Positions 12,441 to 24,731 of a DNA stretch of 50,149 nucleotides are shown here, piece after piece (within the stretch, counting starts at the first letter, position 1; every line of letters starts with the position of its first letter). The notes beneath the pieces are model-generated. The model ran no database searches. It saw nothing but the letters and a program-made list of their open reading frames with translations, and was not told the origin of the DNA. Source of the stretch: Lama guanicoe (Eukaryota); NCBI GenBank assembly GCA_013239625.1, contig MU054400.1, forward strand, positions 1,657,146-1,707,294, written 5' to 3'. Made by a program: the position numbers and the translations under genes.

Positions 12441-12871
12441 TGATGCTACAGGCAACAGTGGGCCACACAGGCCAGAGGTGCCTGTGTGTCCACCGAGTGT
12501 GAAGGTGCAGGGTCTTTTATTGAGGAAGAGGCTGTGAACACAAAGGAATAGGGGAACAGATTTTTGATCGGCCATTAGTGAGGTAAGGGGCTTTGGTATG
12601 TAGGAGGATAGTAGATTTATGACTCCAGTAAGATGGAGACATGGGCTGACACAGCAAGGGAGTGGAATTTATGATTCCTATGAGGAGGAGACACGGGCTG
12701 AGACAAGTCAGCCTGAGCTACGGTGAGGCTAGTCATTTCCCAGGGCTGTTAATTCTGCTAAGGCAAACACACATCAGGGCTTTGTCTTCTGAAGAAGAGA
12801 AGGCAGATGCCTAAGGGCTGGAAGTTTGGGGAGTTGCAGGGCCTCAGCCGGCACCAGTTGGCACCACCCAT
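12441..12871 (-). mobile_element. Probable solo ERV LTR
   Basis: About 430 bp bounded by TG...CA, with a minus-strand AATAAA near 12516-12521, about 75 bp from the U5-like end. No clean TSD was found. Confidence 0.55.
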
Positions 12872-13069
12872 ATATATATGGAAATAATTAAATGTATCAA
12901 CTAACGCAAAGTCAGACAGCAGGTAAGGGTGGCCATGAGACCACTGGGATAGTGAACTGGCTGTTCTTAGCAACAACTGAAACTCCTCAAAAGCCTAGTA
13001 TTCAACTCTAGCAAAGTGTTATATATACATATACCATGGCCCAGTGGGATCTATGGACAACTGTGGAAT

Positions 13070-13240
13070 AACAATAATTATTGCTAACAATAAGTGCTAT
13101 GTAGCACTTAATACTTTGAAAACAGAGGCACAGAGAAGCTAAGTAACTTGCCCAAAGTCACACAGCTTATAGATGGGAGAGCTGGAAATCCAGGCCAAAC
13201 TTACTGGTTCCAGAGTTCTTGCTTTGAACCCTTGAATATA
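13070..13240 (-). mobile_element. MIR fragment
   Basis: 'aaacagaggcacagagaagctaagtaacttgcccaaagtcacacagct' is the MIR core in reverse. Confidence 0.85.
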
Positions 13241-14100
13241 CTAATTCACATTTTTATTTGGCTTTGCACTGACATAACTGATGCATAGCTCAAATTGTGC
13301 TTTTAGATTCCAACTTGACAGATGATTAATTCAAACACAAATAAACTGGCCTGGCTACAGAAAAGAAAACATCTGAAACTAAATAGAAAAAGAAAAAAGC
13401 TGTTTTAAAATTATGGTTTGCAATGACTTAAGAGCATGGTGGAGAGCTGGTGGTGTCAGCATATGTAGATAAACAGATGTTTGCTTAATAAGTCTGTACC
13501 TCATTCCTTGTTGAATGACAAGATATTTTTTAGACCCCAGAGCTTCATTGTTTTACTACTGTTTCTTGCAATTCCTTGAAATCTTCCAAGAATTAAGCCC
13601 TACCTCTCAGCCCTGCCTTAGATTGCAGTCTGCACGTGCCACCTACAGGCATAACAAGATGCTGGTTTTCTCCAGGGCAGCCACCAGGATTGTTTAACTG
13701 ACGTTCATCCCTAAAGACCCTGCGAAGCCAAGCAGAAGTCAAGGCGAAGGCAGGGGGATAGTTAGTACAAAACTCGAGACACTGAGAGGGACAGCAGCGG
13801 GGAATAAAGGCAAATGGCCACCGAGTGAGAGTAAATAACACAGAAGTGTTAACAAATTAAGGGCTGGGAAAACTAGGAGAGTGTATCAGTTACACGCTGT
13901 AAACAGAGGTTGGCTTTACCTAAAACCAAACCATATGCTTTCTGATAAATGACTAGAACCCAAAAGAGATTCTTTTAGGAAGATAAACCAGGACACACAA
14001 CACAAGCTTTTTAAAAAAATACATATTCCATAGTAAACTTTCTACCCCCCAATCCATAGGCTCCATTGTTCTGTTTCTGGCGCTTACACGATAACTTCTT

Positions 14101-14480
14101 CTTTTTTTTTTTCAATTTTTATTTATTTATTCATTTATTTAATTTTATTGAGTTATAGTCAGTTTACAATGTTGTGTCGATTTCTGGTGTACAGCACAGT
14201 GTTTCAGTCATACATGAATATACATATATTCGTTTTCATATTCTTTTTCACCGTGAACTACTACAAGATCTTGAATATATTTCCCTGTGCTATACAGTAT
14301 AAACTTGTTTATCTATTCTATATATACCTGTCAATATTTACAAATCTCAAACTCCCAGTCCATCCCTTCCCACCCCCTGGCAACCACAAATTTGTATTCT
14401 ATGTCTGTGAGTCTGTTTCTGTTTTATATTTAAGTTCATTTCTCCTCTTCTTCTTCTTTTTTTTTTTAGATTCCACATAA
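14101..14480 (-). mobile_element. Short L1 insertion consisting of the 3' UTR only
   Basis: Near copy of 10645-10980 with a poly(T) tail. 16-bp TSD tacac(g/a)ata(a/c)cttctt at 14085-14100 and 14481-14496. Confidence 0.92.
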
Positions 14481-14514
14481 TACACAATACCTTCTTAATT
14501 GAAACATACACACA

Positions 14515-14954
14515 TGTAACCGAATGGGGCTTCCAGGGTCAGACCCCTCTTGGATACCCTCTGCTGTAGCTCCTCTCCATTAATAGTATCTCATGCATGT
14601 TTCTTGAGTTTTTCTAACGCTAAAACTCAGCACCATATGGAAGAAATTAACTACTTGATAACCATGAGCACATGGCTCCCGGACCTTCTGGAGCCTCCGT
14701 GCTGATAGCATTGACTGCCCTGTTATCTCATCATCAACCAATCGCAGAATTCTGCACGAGCTCATCACCCACCCTGCTTCACCTGGCCTTTAAAAATGCT
14801 TTGCTGAAACCCTTGGTGGAATTCAGGGTTTTCTTGGGTGTGAGTAGTGGATTCTCCTTTCTTGACCCAGCAATAAACCTTTCTCTGCTCCAAACTCTGA
14901 CTTTTCAGCTTGGCCTCACTATGCCTGGGGCACACAAACTTGCAGTGGGTAACA
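14515..14954 (+). mobile_element. Solo ERV1-type LTR (MER41-like)
   Basis: tgtaac...gtaaca termini, a CCAAT box, TATA-like 'tttaaaaa' and AATAAA at about 14872. Shares blocks with the LTR at 17513. Confidence 0.8.
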
Positions 14955-15019
14955 ACGTTTCCTTCTTTTAATTTATATGATAAATGCAAATGCTCTGAAG
15001 CAGTCATTCTCTTTGATCT

Positions 15020-15140
15020 TTATTCATTCATCAAACTGTCCTGGGAGCAAACATTTCTGTGTGCCAGACACAGAACTCAGGGAAATGGATGTGGTTGTCT
15101 CTGTCCCCTTGAAACTACAGCTGGAGGGAGTAGGGGCAGA
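15020..15140 (-). mobile_element. L2 3' end fragment
   Basis: 'attcattcatcaaa...tctgtgtgccagacac' pattern typical of L2 3' ends. Confidence 0.6.
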
Positions 15141-15239
15141 AATGAAACACCTCATTGTTGAATGAATGTATGAATTTGCTTTAATTAATGAGGGGGTGGG
15201 GCTGGAATAAAAGCCCCAAGGGCAAAAAAAAAAAAAGCA

Positions 15240-15430
15240 GCTAAATTCAGTGTACTGAGCTTAGAAGCCAGACATCGTGTGGTTTAAATCTGGACTCCAT
15301 CATTGGGCAAATTTCTGAAATTTCCTGTTCCTCTCTTTCCTCTTCTGTAAAGTTGAGCTAATAGTTCCCCACTGGGTTACTGTGAAAAGTAAAAGCACCC
15401 TTCTCCTCAGCATGTACCTTGCACATGAAC
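15240..15430 (+). mobile_element. MIR fragment
   Basis: 'ttagaagccagac...tttaaatctggactcca...ctctttcctcttctgtaaag'. Confidence 0.6.
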
Positions 15431-16305
15431 AGAATTCCTGAGGTGCCTAGATTTCCACTTAGCCTCCTGCCATCTTGAACAGCTCAACCACGCCAAGGAA
15501 GCACCCTGACAGAATTATCCAGCAGTCCTCTTGGATGACCAAAAAGAAAAGCCCACTGGCCCCCTGGGGTAGGGCCTGACCAGCTGACCATGATACCTAC
15601 CTACCTACAGCACCTTTTGAGACTATGCCCAGCGCCAAGGGTTGACAACCAGAAAAACCAGCCCTTCCAGAGGGCGTGGCCCCCTACTAAGGGCAGTTGA
15701 TTAGAATAAGCTGGGGCTCGTTGATTAGAAAAAAACGAGAACTTCTGAGTACCAAGCTCAGCTCAGATGCTTTTGAGAGCACAGTCTTTACATTCTCCAT
15801 CTGGTCACAGGAGACTTGACCTCCTCCTGATTCAGCGGAGGCAGTAGCCCTTGGAAACTGGACGGTAAAGTAAGGAACAGGAAGCCCACAGTCTGGGAAT
15901 CATCTCCATGTGGCCGGTTACTAGAGAAATGCATAAGCCACACACTCGAGCGTCTTCTACCACCACCGGAGGACTGTGCACGAGGCAAATCGTTAAGGCA
16001 AATAGAAATCATGGATTCTTTCAGCCAAGGGGTCAGCCTGTACCAAACACCTGAATTTGCAGGTAAGATGTTATATAAAAGTTCTTTCCCCCACCCTTCA
16101 CCCCAGAAAAAACAACAGCTTATTTTGAATAAGAAATGGGCACAAGAAATAGTCAAATCAATAAGGAAAATAATTATAATAAAAGTTACTTCTTAGCTTG
16201 ACTGTCCTAGGTCAGAACCCCCCTTCTCGCTTCAGCGGTGGGCACTGAGGCAGAGAAATGAACCTCTAACTCCCAGTTAAGGAAGCCTCACGCTAAGTGG
16301 CAAGG

Positions 16306-16345
16306 GTCGCCATGGAAACCTCGCGGCAAGGGTCGCCATGGAAAC
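16306..16345. promoter_or_regulatory. Two RFX X-boxes (GTCGCCATGGAAAC x2)
   Basis: Both match the X-box consensus GTNNCCATGGNAAC (16306-16319 and 16332-16345). They lie within a perfect 22-bp direct repeat (16299-16320 and 16325-16346). Confidence 0.8.
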
Positions 16346-16388
16346 CGCGGCGGCGGAGGGGCGGAGCCCGGGCGGGAGGGCGGGGTAC

Positions 16389-16448
16389 CGAGGAGACGCG
16401 CGAGGAGACGCGCGAGGAGACGCGCGAGGAGACGCGCGAGGAGACGCG
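16389..16448. repeat. Perfect tandem repeat (CGAGGAGACGCG)x5
   Basis: Five identical 12-bp units read directly from the sequence. Confidence 0.97.
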
Positions 16449-17512
16449 GCTAGGGGGCTGCCAGAACACAAAGGGAAAACAGCGACTTCTGGATTGTCGC
16501 GTCCCGCAAGAGTTTGGCCCCTGCCCAAGACCCAGAAAGTTACTTCCCAGCCCAGAATCTCCGCGGTGAGGACACGAATCTGCATTTCACCAGGTACTTT
16601 TTGGGTCGGGAGGTAGGGAGACATTGGGTGCGCCTATTCTATTTTCTGAACGCTCCCCACCCCATAATTGTAAAAGAATCTACCCCAGTTTTCTTCCCAG
16701 CGGCTCTCAGGGAGGGGAGGTCTTGCGTGCTGGGAATGCAGAGCGCATTCAGTTTTGTTGAACTGAAGTTTAAGCGGATTGGAAGCGTCGCTGCTGTTTG
16801 CGGTTTCCCACTTGGGGGCAGCCTCGTCCTTCGAGCCTGTTCGTTTGGGGAAGCAGAGGCCCGCGGTGTCTATTCCAGTTAGTCTCGTTAATGAAATCTT
16901 TAGAAAGCAGAGCTTGGTTGCAGAGAGAGATGTCTCCTTATAAGTGGGATAGTAGCAGAAACTAGGGCTCTAAATGTAAGGCTCTCTTAGCTCCAGTTTC
17001 TGGTTCACACTTAAGGTTCGGAACAAAAAATCCAGGCTTGTAAAAAAATAATGTTCTCTCTGAGAATAATGTGTGTGCATGTGAGCCTTATCCTTTATTG
17101 GACAACTGGATGGGATCTCAGGATTGGTTCAAACAGCCCCAGCCCTGCTGGGCTTGAAAGCTAAGCCTGGACTTTGGGGAACCATGAGCCTCGTCTGCCC
17201 ACTTTCAGGAGACAGCATCGTGGTGAAATGGGAGAGGGTCTTACTTCTGTACTAATGAGGATTCCCCCTTGGTGTTGATCTGCTGATGGTAAAAGTGGGA
17301 CCTGCAAAATTTGCACAGCCTTTCTTAGAGGTCTAGGGAAGCTCTGTATAGAATGGGATAATCTACAGGTCTCTAGTACCTCCTGCATTTACCATGCTTT
17401 CATAATGATAACCTGTTTATAGGTCTGATTTATGTGTTATTGCATGTATAGCATATAATATCTTACATCTAAGCTCTCATAGGCTGGAAGTGATAAGGCT
17501 GATATTTGGAGC

Positions 17513-18147
17513 TGAAACTGAGCAGGACCCTGTGGGGCCTTCCTGGGGACAGACCCCTCAATCCCGTGTTCCTGCAGCTTGTTTGTAGAAAAACTTTAGC
17601 CTTATAGACCTTTCCTGAGTTCCAAAGAGCATATTGAATCAGAGAAGGGAGGAAAATGCGAAAACAAAGGAGAACAGTCAAGGAAGACAAAATACTAATA
17701 GTTCAGCCATGAAACAAAATCAGGGACCTTTAGTTCCTCATCAAGGGCTAAGGATAATATCCTGAGCCATGTCCTTAAGTGGTTCCACCCACCAGGTGGA
17801 AGACGTTAACTGCATGCTGACCACTTAGACCCTACACTAATTGGAACCATAAGGTTGATGATTGAGATTTCCCCAAAAAGCAACCTGTTACCTCCCCATC
17901 GGCCAAACAGAGAACTGTGCATGAGCTGATGACCTGTGATCCTTTTTCTCACATTTTTTTAAAAAAAAACCCTTCTCTGAAAGCCATTGGGTGAATTTGG
18001 TCTTTTTGAATGAGCTGCCTGTTCTTGCTTGGCCCCACATTGGGCGCCTTGCAGTAAAAGCTGTACTTCCCTTCATCACAACCTGGTGTGAGTAGATTCG
18101 GTGTAGCTGTGTGTCAGGTGAGTGGACCCAAGTTTGGTTCGGCAACA
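17513..18147 (+). mobile_element. Solo ERV1 LTR (MER41-like)
   Basis: TG...CA termini (tgaaac...gcaaca) and a perfect 4-bp TSD gagc (17509-17512 and 18148-18151), typical of ERV1. Variant poly(A) signal agtaaa. Confidence 0.88.
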
Positions 18148-19659
18148 GAGCCATATCTTCCTTAGCGCGAGGTGGAACTCAGGCCAGGACTAGAGCAGCC
18201 AGCAGGGGTTGGGAAGAACAAGTGGTTTCATTTTCACCTGAGTAATTAGTGTTGAAAAGTGGGAGTAGAGGGCAGTCTACTTTCAAATAGTGAGAAGAAA
18301 GCCCACCATGTTGGCTTTTGAATGTGAGAAGGAGGTAATCCTTCAAAAGATACAGAATGAGGAAATGTACTAGGATAGGGTCAAAGCAGTGACTTAGTGA
18401 CTGACAGAATTTGCATAGAGTCAGAGCAGAGGGTCAAGTTCGATTTTGAATTTCCTGGTTTCCTTGAGTGGGAGAAAGTAACACCTTTAGTCAGGCTTAA
18501 TGACAGAAGGAGAATGACTGTTTCTTATTTCTTACTAATTTTTTAAAATTTAAATTAAAAAAATTGTTTTGGTGGAAAGCTAATGAGTTAGTCTTGGATA
18601 GGATGAGCCTGAAGTACCTGTGGGGTATTGAGGTGGACCAAAAACAGGTGTGCTGGGGCTAGATTCTGAATTATACTAATCTGGATTACAGGAAATCCAC
18701 ATTAGCACATATAGGATCAGCTGCTCTAGAGAAAACATTTTGCGACTGTAAGAGGGCAGACATTTCAGACCAGAGGAGAAAGAGATTATGAAGATGACAG
18801 AAATGGTCCTTTGAAGTTTTTCTGAGTTTCCTATCTTTTTTGCCCTGCTCCGCACAGTCACAAAACCATAGCTATTTTATCTGCAAAATAGAGAAGGAAG
18901 ATGGCAGAAGCACAGAGGGACTTCTTTGTGCTAAGACTTAATTTCTGCAAAGCATTGTGACTTTTTAGAAGCCCAAGAAACTTCTCTCTCACTTATGTTT
19001 TAGGTCTCCATCAAAGAAAGGCTGAATCCCTAGAGCGAATGAATCTGAAGTTAAAATAAAAACAGTAATTTAAAAGTCTGTGTGTGGAGCCCGTTTGTAC
19101 ATTTAATCATATGTGCTCCTGCAGGGCCCATTTAAGCACAACAGAGATGCTTTCTGGAGCTCAGGAGGCTACAAGGTCAGATGGCGTGGAGTTCCTGCTG
19201 GAGGGCTCCTCCTCCTATCGACAGGCACATCCAGAATGTCTTTAGTCTGCAGAGCTGGCCCAGAGCTAGACAGTCTCAAAGCACAAATGTCCTGAGAGAG
19301 AGACAGAGAGAGTTCCCGGTAGTTTGTATCACTGTGTGAAATCGAGGAAGAAGTACAACTGAAATGTGAGCATCAAAGATTAGAAGCTGAGCATGGCTCT
19401 CACACTCAGCTGCTGACAGGGAAGGGCCTGGGGCCCGCCACTTTCTTTTGCGGTCGCGACGATTAACTAGCAGGTGTCAGAAAACATCTGACAGCTCTTG
19501 GGCTTGAATAAGTGTTTGATAACAGGCAGTATCCAGTCTTCAAAAGTTTATCCCCAGTCATTTGTATGTCCCTTATTGAACCTGAAAATGCTTTCCTTCT
19601 CAGAGCAGGTCCTCCAAATCCATTTACCCCTATAGGCGCCCATTCCTTCTATAGTCACC

Positions 19660-20190
19660 CAAGGATATTTAATAAGCACTTACTGTATCCTCAGTAGAGT
19701 GCAAAACATAGCAGTGAACAAGCAGACAAAAAGTCTAGCTATCATGGACATTAAATTCTAGTGGGAGGAGATGGACAATAGATAAATAAGAAATAAGAAA
19801 AAGCATGTTGTATTTTAGATAGTGATAAGTGCAAAAGAGAAAAATCATGTAGGGATGGGGCAAAGAAATACTGTGGCATATAGTTAGGATCAGCCTTATT
19901 GACAAGGGGACATTCAAGCAAAGACCTCAAGAGGTGCAGAAGTTAATTGTGCAGGTATGTGGAGGACTGAATCCAGGGCAAGTGCAAAGGCCCTGCAGTG
20001 TGAGCATGATGTATTTGAAGAGCAGAAAGGCAGTGTGTCTGGAGTGGACAGGCAGGAGAGTGATAGGAGTGGAGGTCAGAGAAGCACTGGGGAGCCTAGC
20101 TCTAAAAGTCTTGTATTCCTTTGAATTTTTGTCTGAGGTATGAACTTTTTGGAGGATTTTGAAGAGTGGTGTGATTTGACTTGCTTTTTA
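19660..20190 (-). mobile_element. L2a 3' fragment
   Basis: 'atatttaataagcacttactgt...atagcagtgaacaagcagacaaaa...tctagtggg...tgcaaaggccctg'. Confidence 0.85.
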
Positions 20191-22360
20191 AAATACTGAG
20201 CTATAATTCACTTACCATTAAGTTTGCCCATTTGAATTATACATTTCAGTGGTTTTTAATCTTTTCAGAGTTGTGCAACTATCAGCACTGTGTAATTCCA
20301 GAACATCTTCATTATCCCCAAACAAGCTCTGTACCTATTAGCAGTCACTCACCACCCATTCTCCCACCCCCCAAGTCCTTGGAAATGACTAATGTACTTT
20401 CTGTCTCTGTGAATTTGCCAGTTTTGGGCATTTCATATAAATGGAATCATACAATATGTGGCCTTTTGTGTATGGTTTTTCTTTCACCTGGCCTGATGTT
20501 TTCAGGATTCATTCATGTTGTAACAGGCACCTGTACCTCATTTTTTTTTCATGGCTGAATGATACTGCATTCTCTGGGTGTACTATATCTTGTTTATCCA
20601 TTTATTAGTTGATGAACACTTGGGTAGCTTCTACTTTGGGGCTGTTATGAAAAATGTCATAAACATTTATGTGCAGATTGTTTCATGTGAACATATGTTT
20701 TCAATTCTCTTGGGTATATACCTAGGGTTGGAATTGCTGGATTATATGGTAATTCTGTGTTTAACCTTCTAAGGAACTGCCAGACTGGTTTTCAGAGCAG
20801 CTGTACCTCAGTGATGCTTGGGAGTTTGAATTCCTCTATATTCTCACCATCTTTTTTTTTTTAATAGTCCTCCTAGCCAGTATGAAGTGGTATTTCATTG
20901 GTCTTTTGATTTCCATTTCCCTAAAGACTAATGATATGAAGCATCTTTTCATGTGCTTAGTGGACATTTGTATGTCTTCTTTGGAGAAATACCTATTTAT
21001 ATCTTTTAATTTTAAAATTGATTTTTTAAACTGAATTGTAAAATTTCTTTGTAATATTTTAGCTAGCAGACCCTTAGCAGATGTATGATTTTAAAATATT
21101 TTCTCCTGTTCTGTGGGTTGTCCTTTTCACTTTCTTGATGGTGTCATTTGAAGCACAAAAGTGTTTAATTTTGATGAGTTCCAATTTATCCATTTTTATT
21201 TTTGTTGATAGTGCTTTCAGTGTCATATTTAAAATCCTATGCCTAATTTAAGATCATTGAATTTTATGCCTATATTTTAAGAGATTTATAGTTTTAAAGC
21301 TAAAACTCTTACAGTTAGAACTTGGATCCATTTTTAGTTATTATTTAATTTGGTATGTGGAATGGGTCCAATTTCATTATTTTGTGTGTGGATATCAGTT
21401 GTCCTTTTGTTGCAAAGGCTATTCTTTCCCCCTTTGTATTGTCTTTGTACCCTTGTCAAAAGTCAGTTGTCCAATAATGTATGGGTTTATCTCTGGAGTT
21501 TCAATTATATTCCATGGATCAATCTAGCTATCCTTATACCAGTACCATTCTGCCTTGATTACGGTAGCTATGTATTAATTTTTGATATCCAGAAGTGTGA
21601 GTCCTCCAGCTGTGTTCTTTTTCAAGATTGTTCTGACAATTCTGGGTCCCTTGTACTTTCATTTGAAATTTTAGGACCAGCTTGCCAGTCTCTGCACAAT
21701 AGGCAGCTGGGATTTCAAAAAGGAATTTCTTGAATCTGGAAATCAATTTGGTGAATGTTGACATCTTAATAATACTGAATCCTCTAATCCATGAACATGA
21801 GGTGTATTTCCATTTATTTAAGTCTTCTTCAATTTCTTGCAATAATGTTTGTTGTTTACAGTGTACAAGTTTTGCACTTATTTTGTTAATCGTTGAATAT
21901 TTTATTGTTTGTAATGCTACTGTGAATAGAATTGTTATTTTTCATTTTTGGATTGCTCATTGCTGTTATATAGAAATACAATTGATTTTTGAGTATTGCT
22001 TTTGTATCCTGCAACCTTGTTAAACTCATTAGCTTTAATTGTATGTTCTGTAGAATTTACAAGATCAGGCCATCTGAGAATGGAGGTAGTTTTAATTCTT
22101 TCCAATATATATGCCTGTTATTTTATTTCCCTGCTTAATTGCTAGGCTAGAACCTCCAGTACAATGTTGAATAAAGATGGCAAGAGAAGACATTTTTGTT
22201 CCCGATCTTCAGGGGAAGTTTTTCAGTTTTGCCCATAAAACATAATGATAACTGTAGGTTTTTCTTTTCACGAGGCTTTTGGCAGAACTGAAGAAGTTTC
22301 TTTCTTTCCCTACTTTGTTGGGTGTGTCTGTCATGAAAAGATACTGGATTTTGTCAAATC

Positions 22361-24731
22361 CAGGCATACCTTGGAGATATTCCAGGTTCAGTTCCAGGCC
22401 ACTGTGATAAAGTGAATATTGCAGTAAAGTGAGTCATGAATTTTTTGGTTTCCCAGTGCATATGAAAGTTATGTTTACACTATACTGTAGTCTGTTAAGT
22501 GTGATAGCATTTTGTCTAAAAAAAGTACATACCTTAATTTAAAAATAGTTTATTGCTAAAAAGTGCCAACCATCATCTGAGCTTTCAGCTAGTGGTAATC
22601 TTTTTGCGGATGGAGGGTCTTGCCTCAATGTTAATAGCTGCTGACTGATCAGGTTGGTGATTGCTGAAGGCTGAGGTGGCTGTGGCAATTTTTAAAAATA
22701 AGACAACAGTGAAATTTGTCACATCAACTGACTCTTCCTTTCACAGTTTCTCAGTAGCATGCAATGCTGTTTGATATCATTTACCCACAGTAGAACTTCT
22801 TTCAAAACTGGAGTCTTTTCTCTCAAACTCGGCCACTGCTTTATCAACTAAGTCTATGTAATATTCTAAATCCTTTGTTGCCGTATCAGCAATCTTCAAA
22901 GCATCTTCACCAGGAATAGATTCCATCTCAAGAAACCAGTTTCTTTGCTCATCCTTAAGAAGCAACTCCTCATCTGTTACACTTTCATCATGAGATTGCA
23001 GCAGTTCAGTCACATCTTTTGACTCCACTTCTAATTCTAGTTCTCTTGCTGTTTCTACCACATTTGCGGTTAACTTTCTGCATTGAAGTCTTGAACCCTT
23101 CAAAGTCACCCGTGAGGATTTTAATCAACTTCTTCCAAACCCTTGTTAATGTTAATATTTTGACCTTTCCCCATGAATCATGGATGTTCTTAATGGCACC
23201 TATAATGGTAAATCCTTCCAAGGTTTTTAATTTATTTTGCTCAGATCCATCAGAGGAATCCAGCTATAGCCTTATGAAATGTATTTCTTAAATAAAACTT
23301 GAAAGTCAGTATTACTTCTTGATCCATGGACTGCAGAATGGATGTTGTGTTAGCAGGCTTGAAAACAACATGAATCTCATTGTCCATCTCCATCAGAGCT
23401 CTTGGGTAACCAGGTGCATTGACAATAAGCAGTAATATTTTGAAAGGAAATCTTTTTCTGAGTAGTAGGTCTCAACAGTGGGCTGAAAATATTCGGTAAA
23501 CCATGTTGTAAACAGATGTGCTGTTGTCCATGCTTAGTTATGTCACTGGTAGAGCACAGGCAGAGTTGATTTAGCAGAATTCTTAAGGGCCCTAGGATTT
23601 TCAGAATGGTAAATAAGCACTGGCTTGAACTTAAAGTCATCAGCTGCATTTGACCCTAACAGGACAGTCAGCTTGTCCTTTGAAGCTTTGAAGCCACACG
23701 TTGACTTCTCTCTAGCTCTCTAAGTCCTAGATGACATCTTCCTAATAGAAGGCTGTTTTGTCTACACGAAAATCGATTGCTTAGCCATTTTTATTTATTA
23801 TTTTAGCTCGATCTTCTGGACAACTTACTGCATCTTCTACAACAGCACCTGCTGCTTCGCCTTGAACTTTCATGTTCTGACGACAGCTTCTTTCCTGAAG
23901 TCTTATGAAGCAGTCTCTCTGCCAGCCACATTACAGTTTCTTTTATAGCTTCCTCACCTTTTTCAGCCTTCATAGAATTGAAGAGTCAGGGCCTTGCTCT
24001 GGATTAGGCTTTGGCTTAAGGGAATGTTGCTGTTGAAATGTTGTGGCTGGTCTTCTATCCAGACCAGCAAAACTTTTCTACCCATCGGCAATGAGACTAT
24101 TTTGCTTTCTTATCATTCGTGTGTTCACTGGAATAGCCCTTTTAATTTCCTTCAAGAACTTTTCCTTTGCATTCCCAACTTGGCTAACTGCTTGGCGCAA
24201 GAAGCCTGGCTGTCAGCCTATCTCAGCTTTAGACACACTTTCCTCACTAAGCTTAATCATTTCTAGCTTTTGATTTAAAGTGAGAGATACGCGGCTCTTT
24301 CTTTCACTTGAACACTTAGAGGCCATTGCAGGGTTATTAATTGGCCTAATTTCAATATTGTTATGTCTCAGAGAATAGGGAGACCTGAGGAGAGGGAGAG
24401 AGATGGAGGAACAGCTGGTCATTGGAGCAGTCAGAACATACACATTTATCTGTTAAGTTTGCTGTCTCATATGGGTGTGGTTTGTGGTGCTCCCAATTAC
24501 AGTAGTAATAGCAAAGATCAAATATTACTGACCACAGATCACCATAACCAATGTAAGAATGATGAAAATATTTCAAATATTGCAAGAATTGCTAAAACGT
24601 GACACAGACATAAAGCGAGCAAATGCTGTTAGAAAAGTGGTACTGATAGACTTACTCAACACACGGCTGCCACATACCCTCAGTTTGTTAAAAAATGCAG
24701 TTGCAGAGCACCGTAAAATGAGATATACCTG
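22361..24731 (-). mobile_element. Near full-length Tigger1 DNA transposon (decayed transposase)
   Basis: Terminal inverted repeats caggcatacct...agatatacctg followed by TA, length 2.37 kb. Remnant peptide MASKCSSERKSRVSLTLNQKLEMIKLSEESVSKAEIG is Tigger1/TIGD1-like, with C-terminal pieces at 22777-23221. Confidence 0.95.

Larger units (their letters stand above)
16280..16890 (+). promoter_or_regulatory. CpG-island promoter and likely first exon of an unidentified gene
   Basis: The only strongly CpG-rich stretch in the window. GC boxes (ggggcggag, gggcggg), two X-boxes, and candidate donors GCG|gtgagg (after 16565) and CAG|gtactt (after 16593). The strand is inferred. Confidence 0.8.

Noticed and set aside
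12252..12575. LTR-L1 fusion protein (107 aa)
   Set aside because: A chance in-frame join across an LTR/L1 junction into a short decayed ORF2 piece with no complete domain.
16389..16448. CRISPR-like array
   Set aside because: Units are head-to-tail with no spacers, there are no cas genes, and the context is mammalian.
16277..16624. Minus-strand ORF with (ASPR)n, and the plus-strand (EETR)n frame
   Set aside because: Both are alternative readings of the same 12-bp repeat in stop-poor GC-rich DNA, with no independent support.
14515..18147. Intact provirus spanning the two LTRs
   Set aside because: The LTRs differ in length and sequence, the second has its own TSD, and the interval contains L2, MIR and a CpG island rather than a primer-binding site or gag/pol.
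22777..24443. Domesticated TIGD1-like gene
   Set aside because: The transposase is broken by many stops and frameshifts, so this is an ordinary Tigger1 relic.
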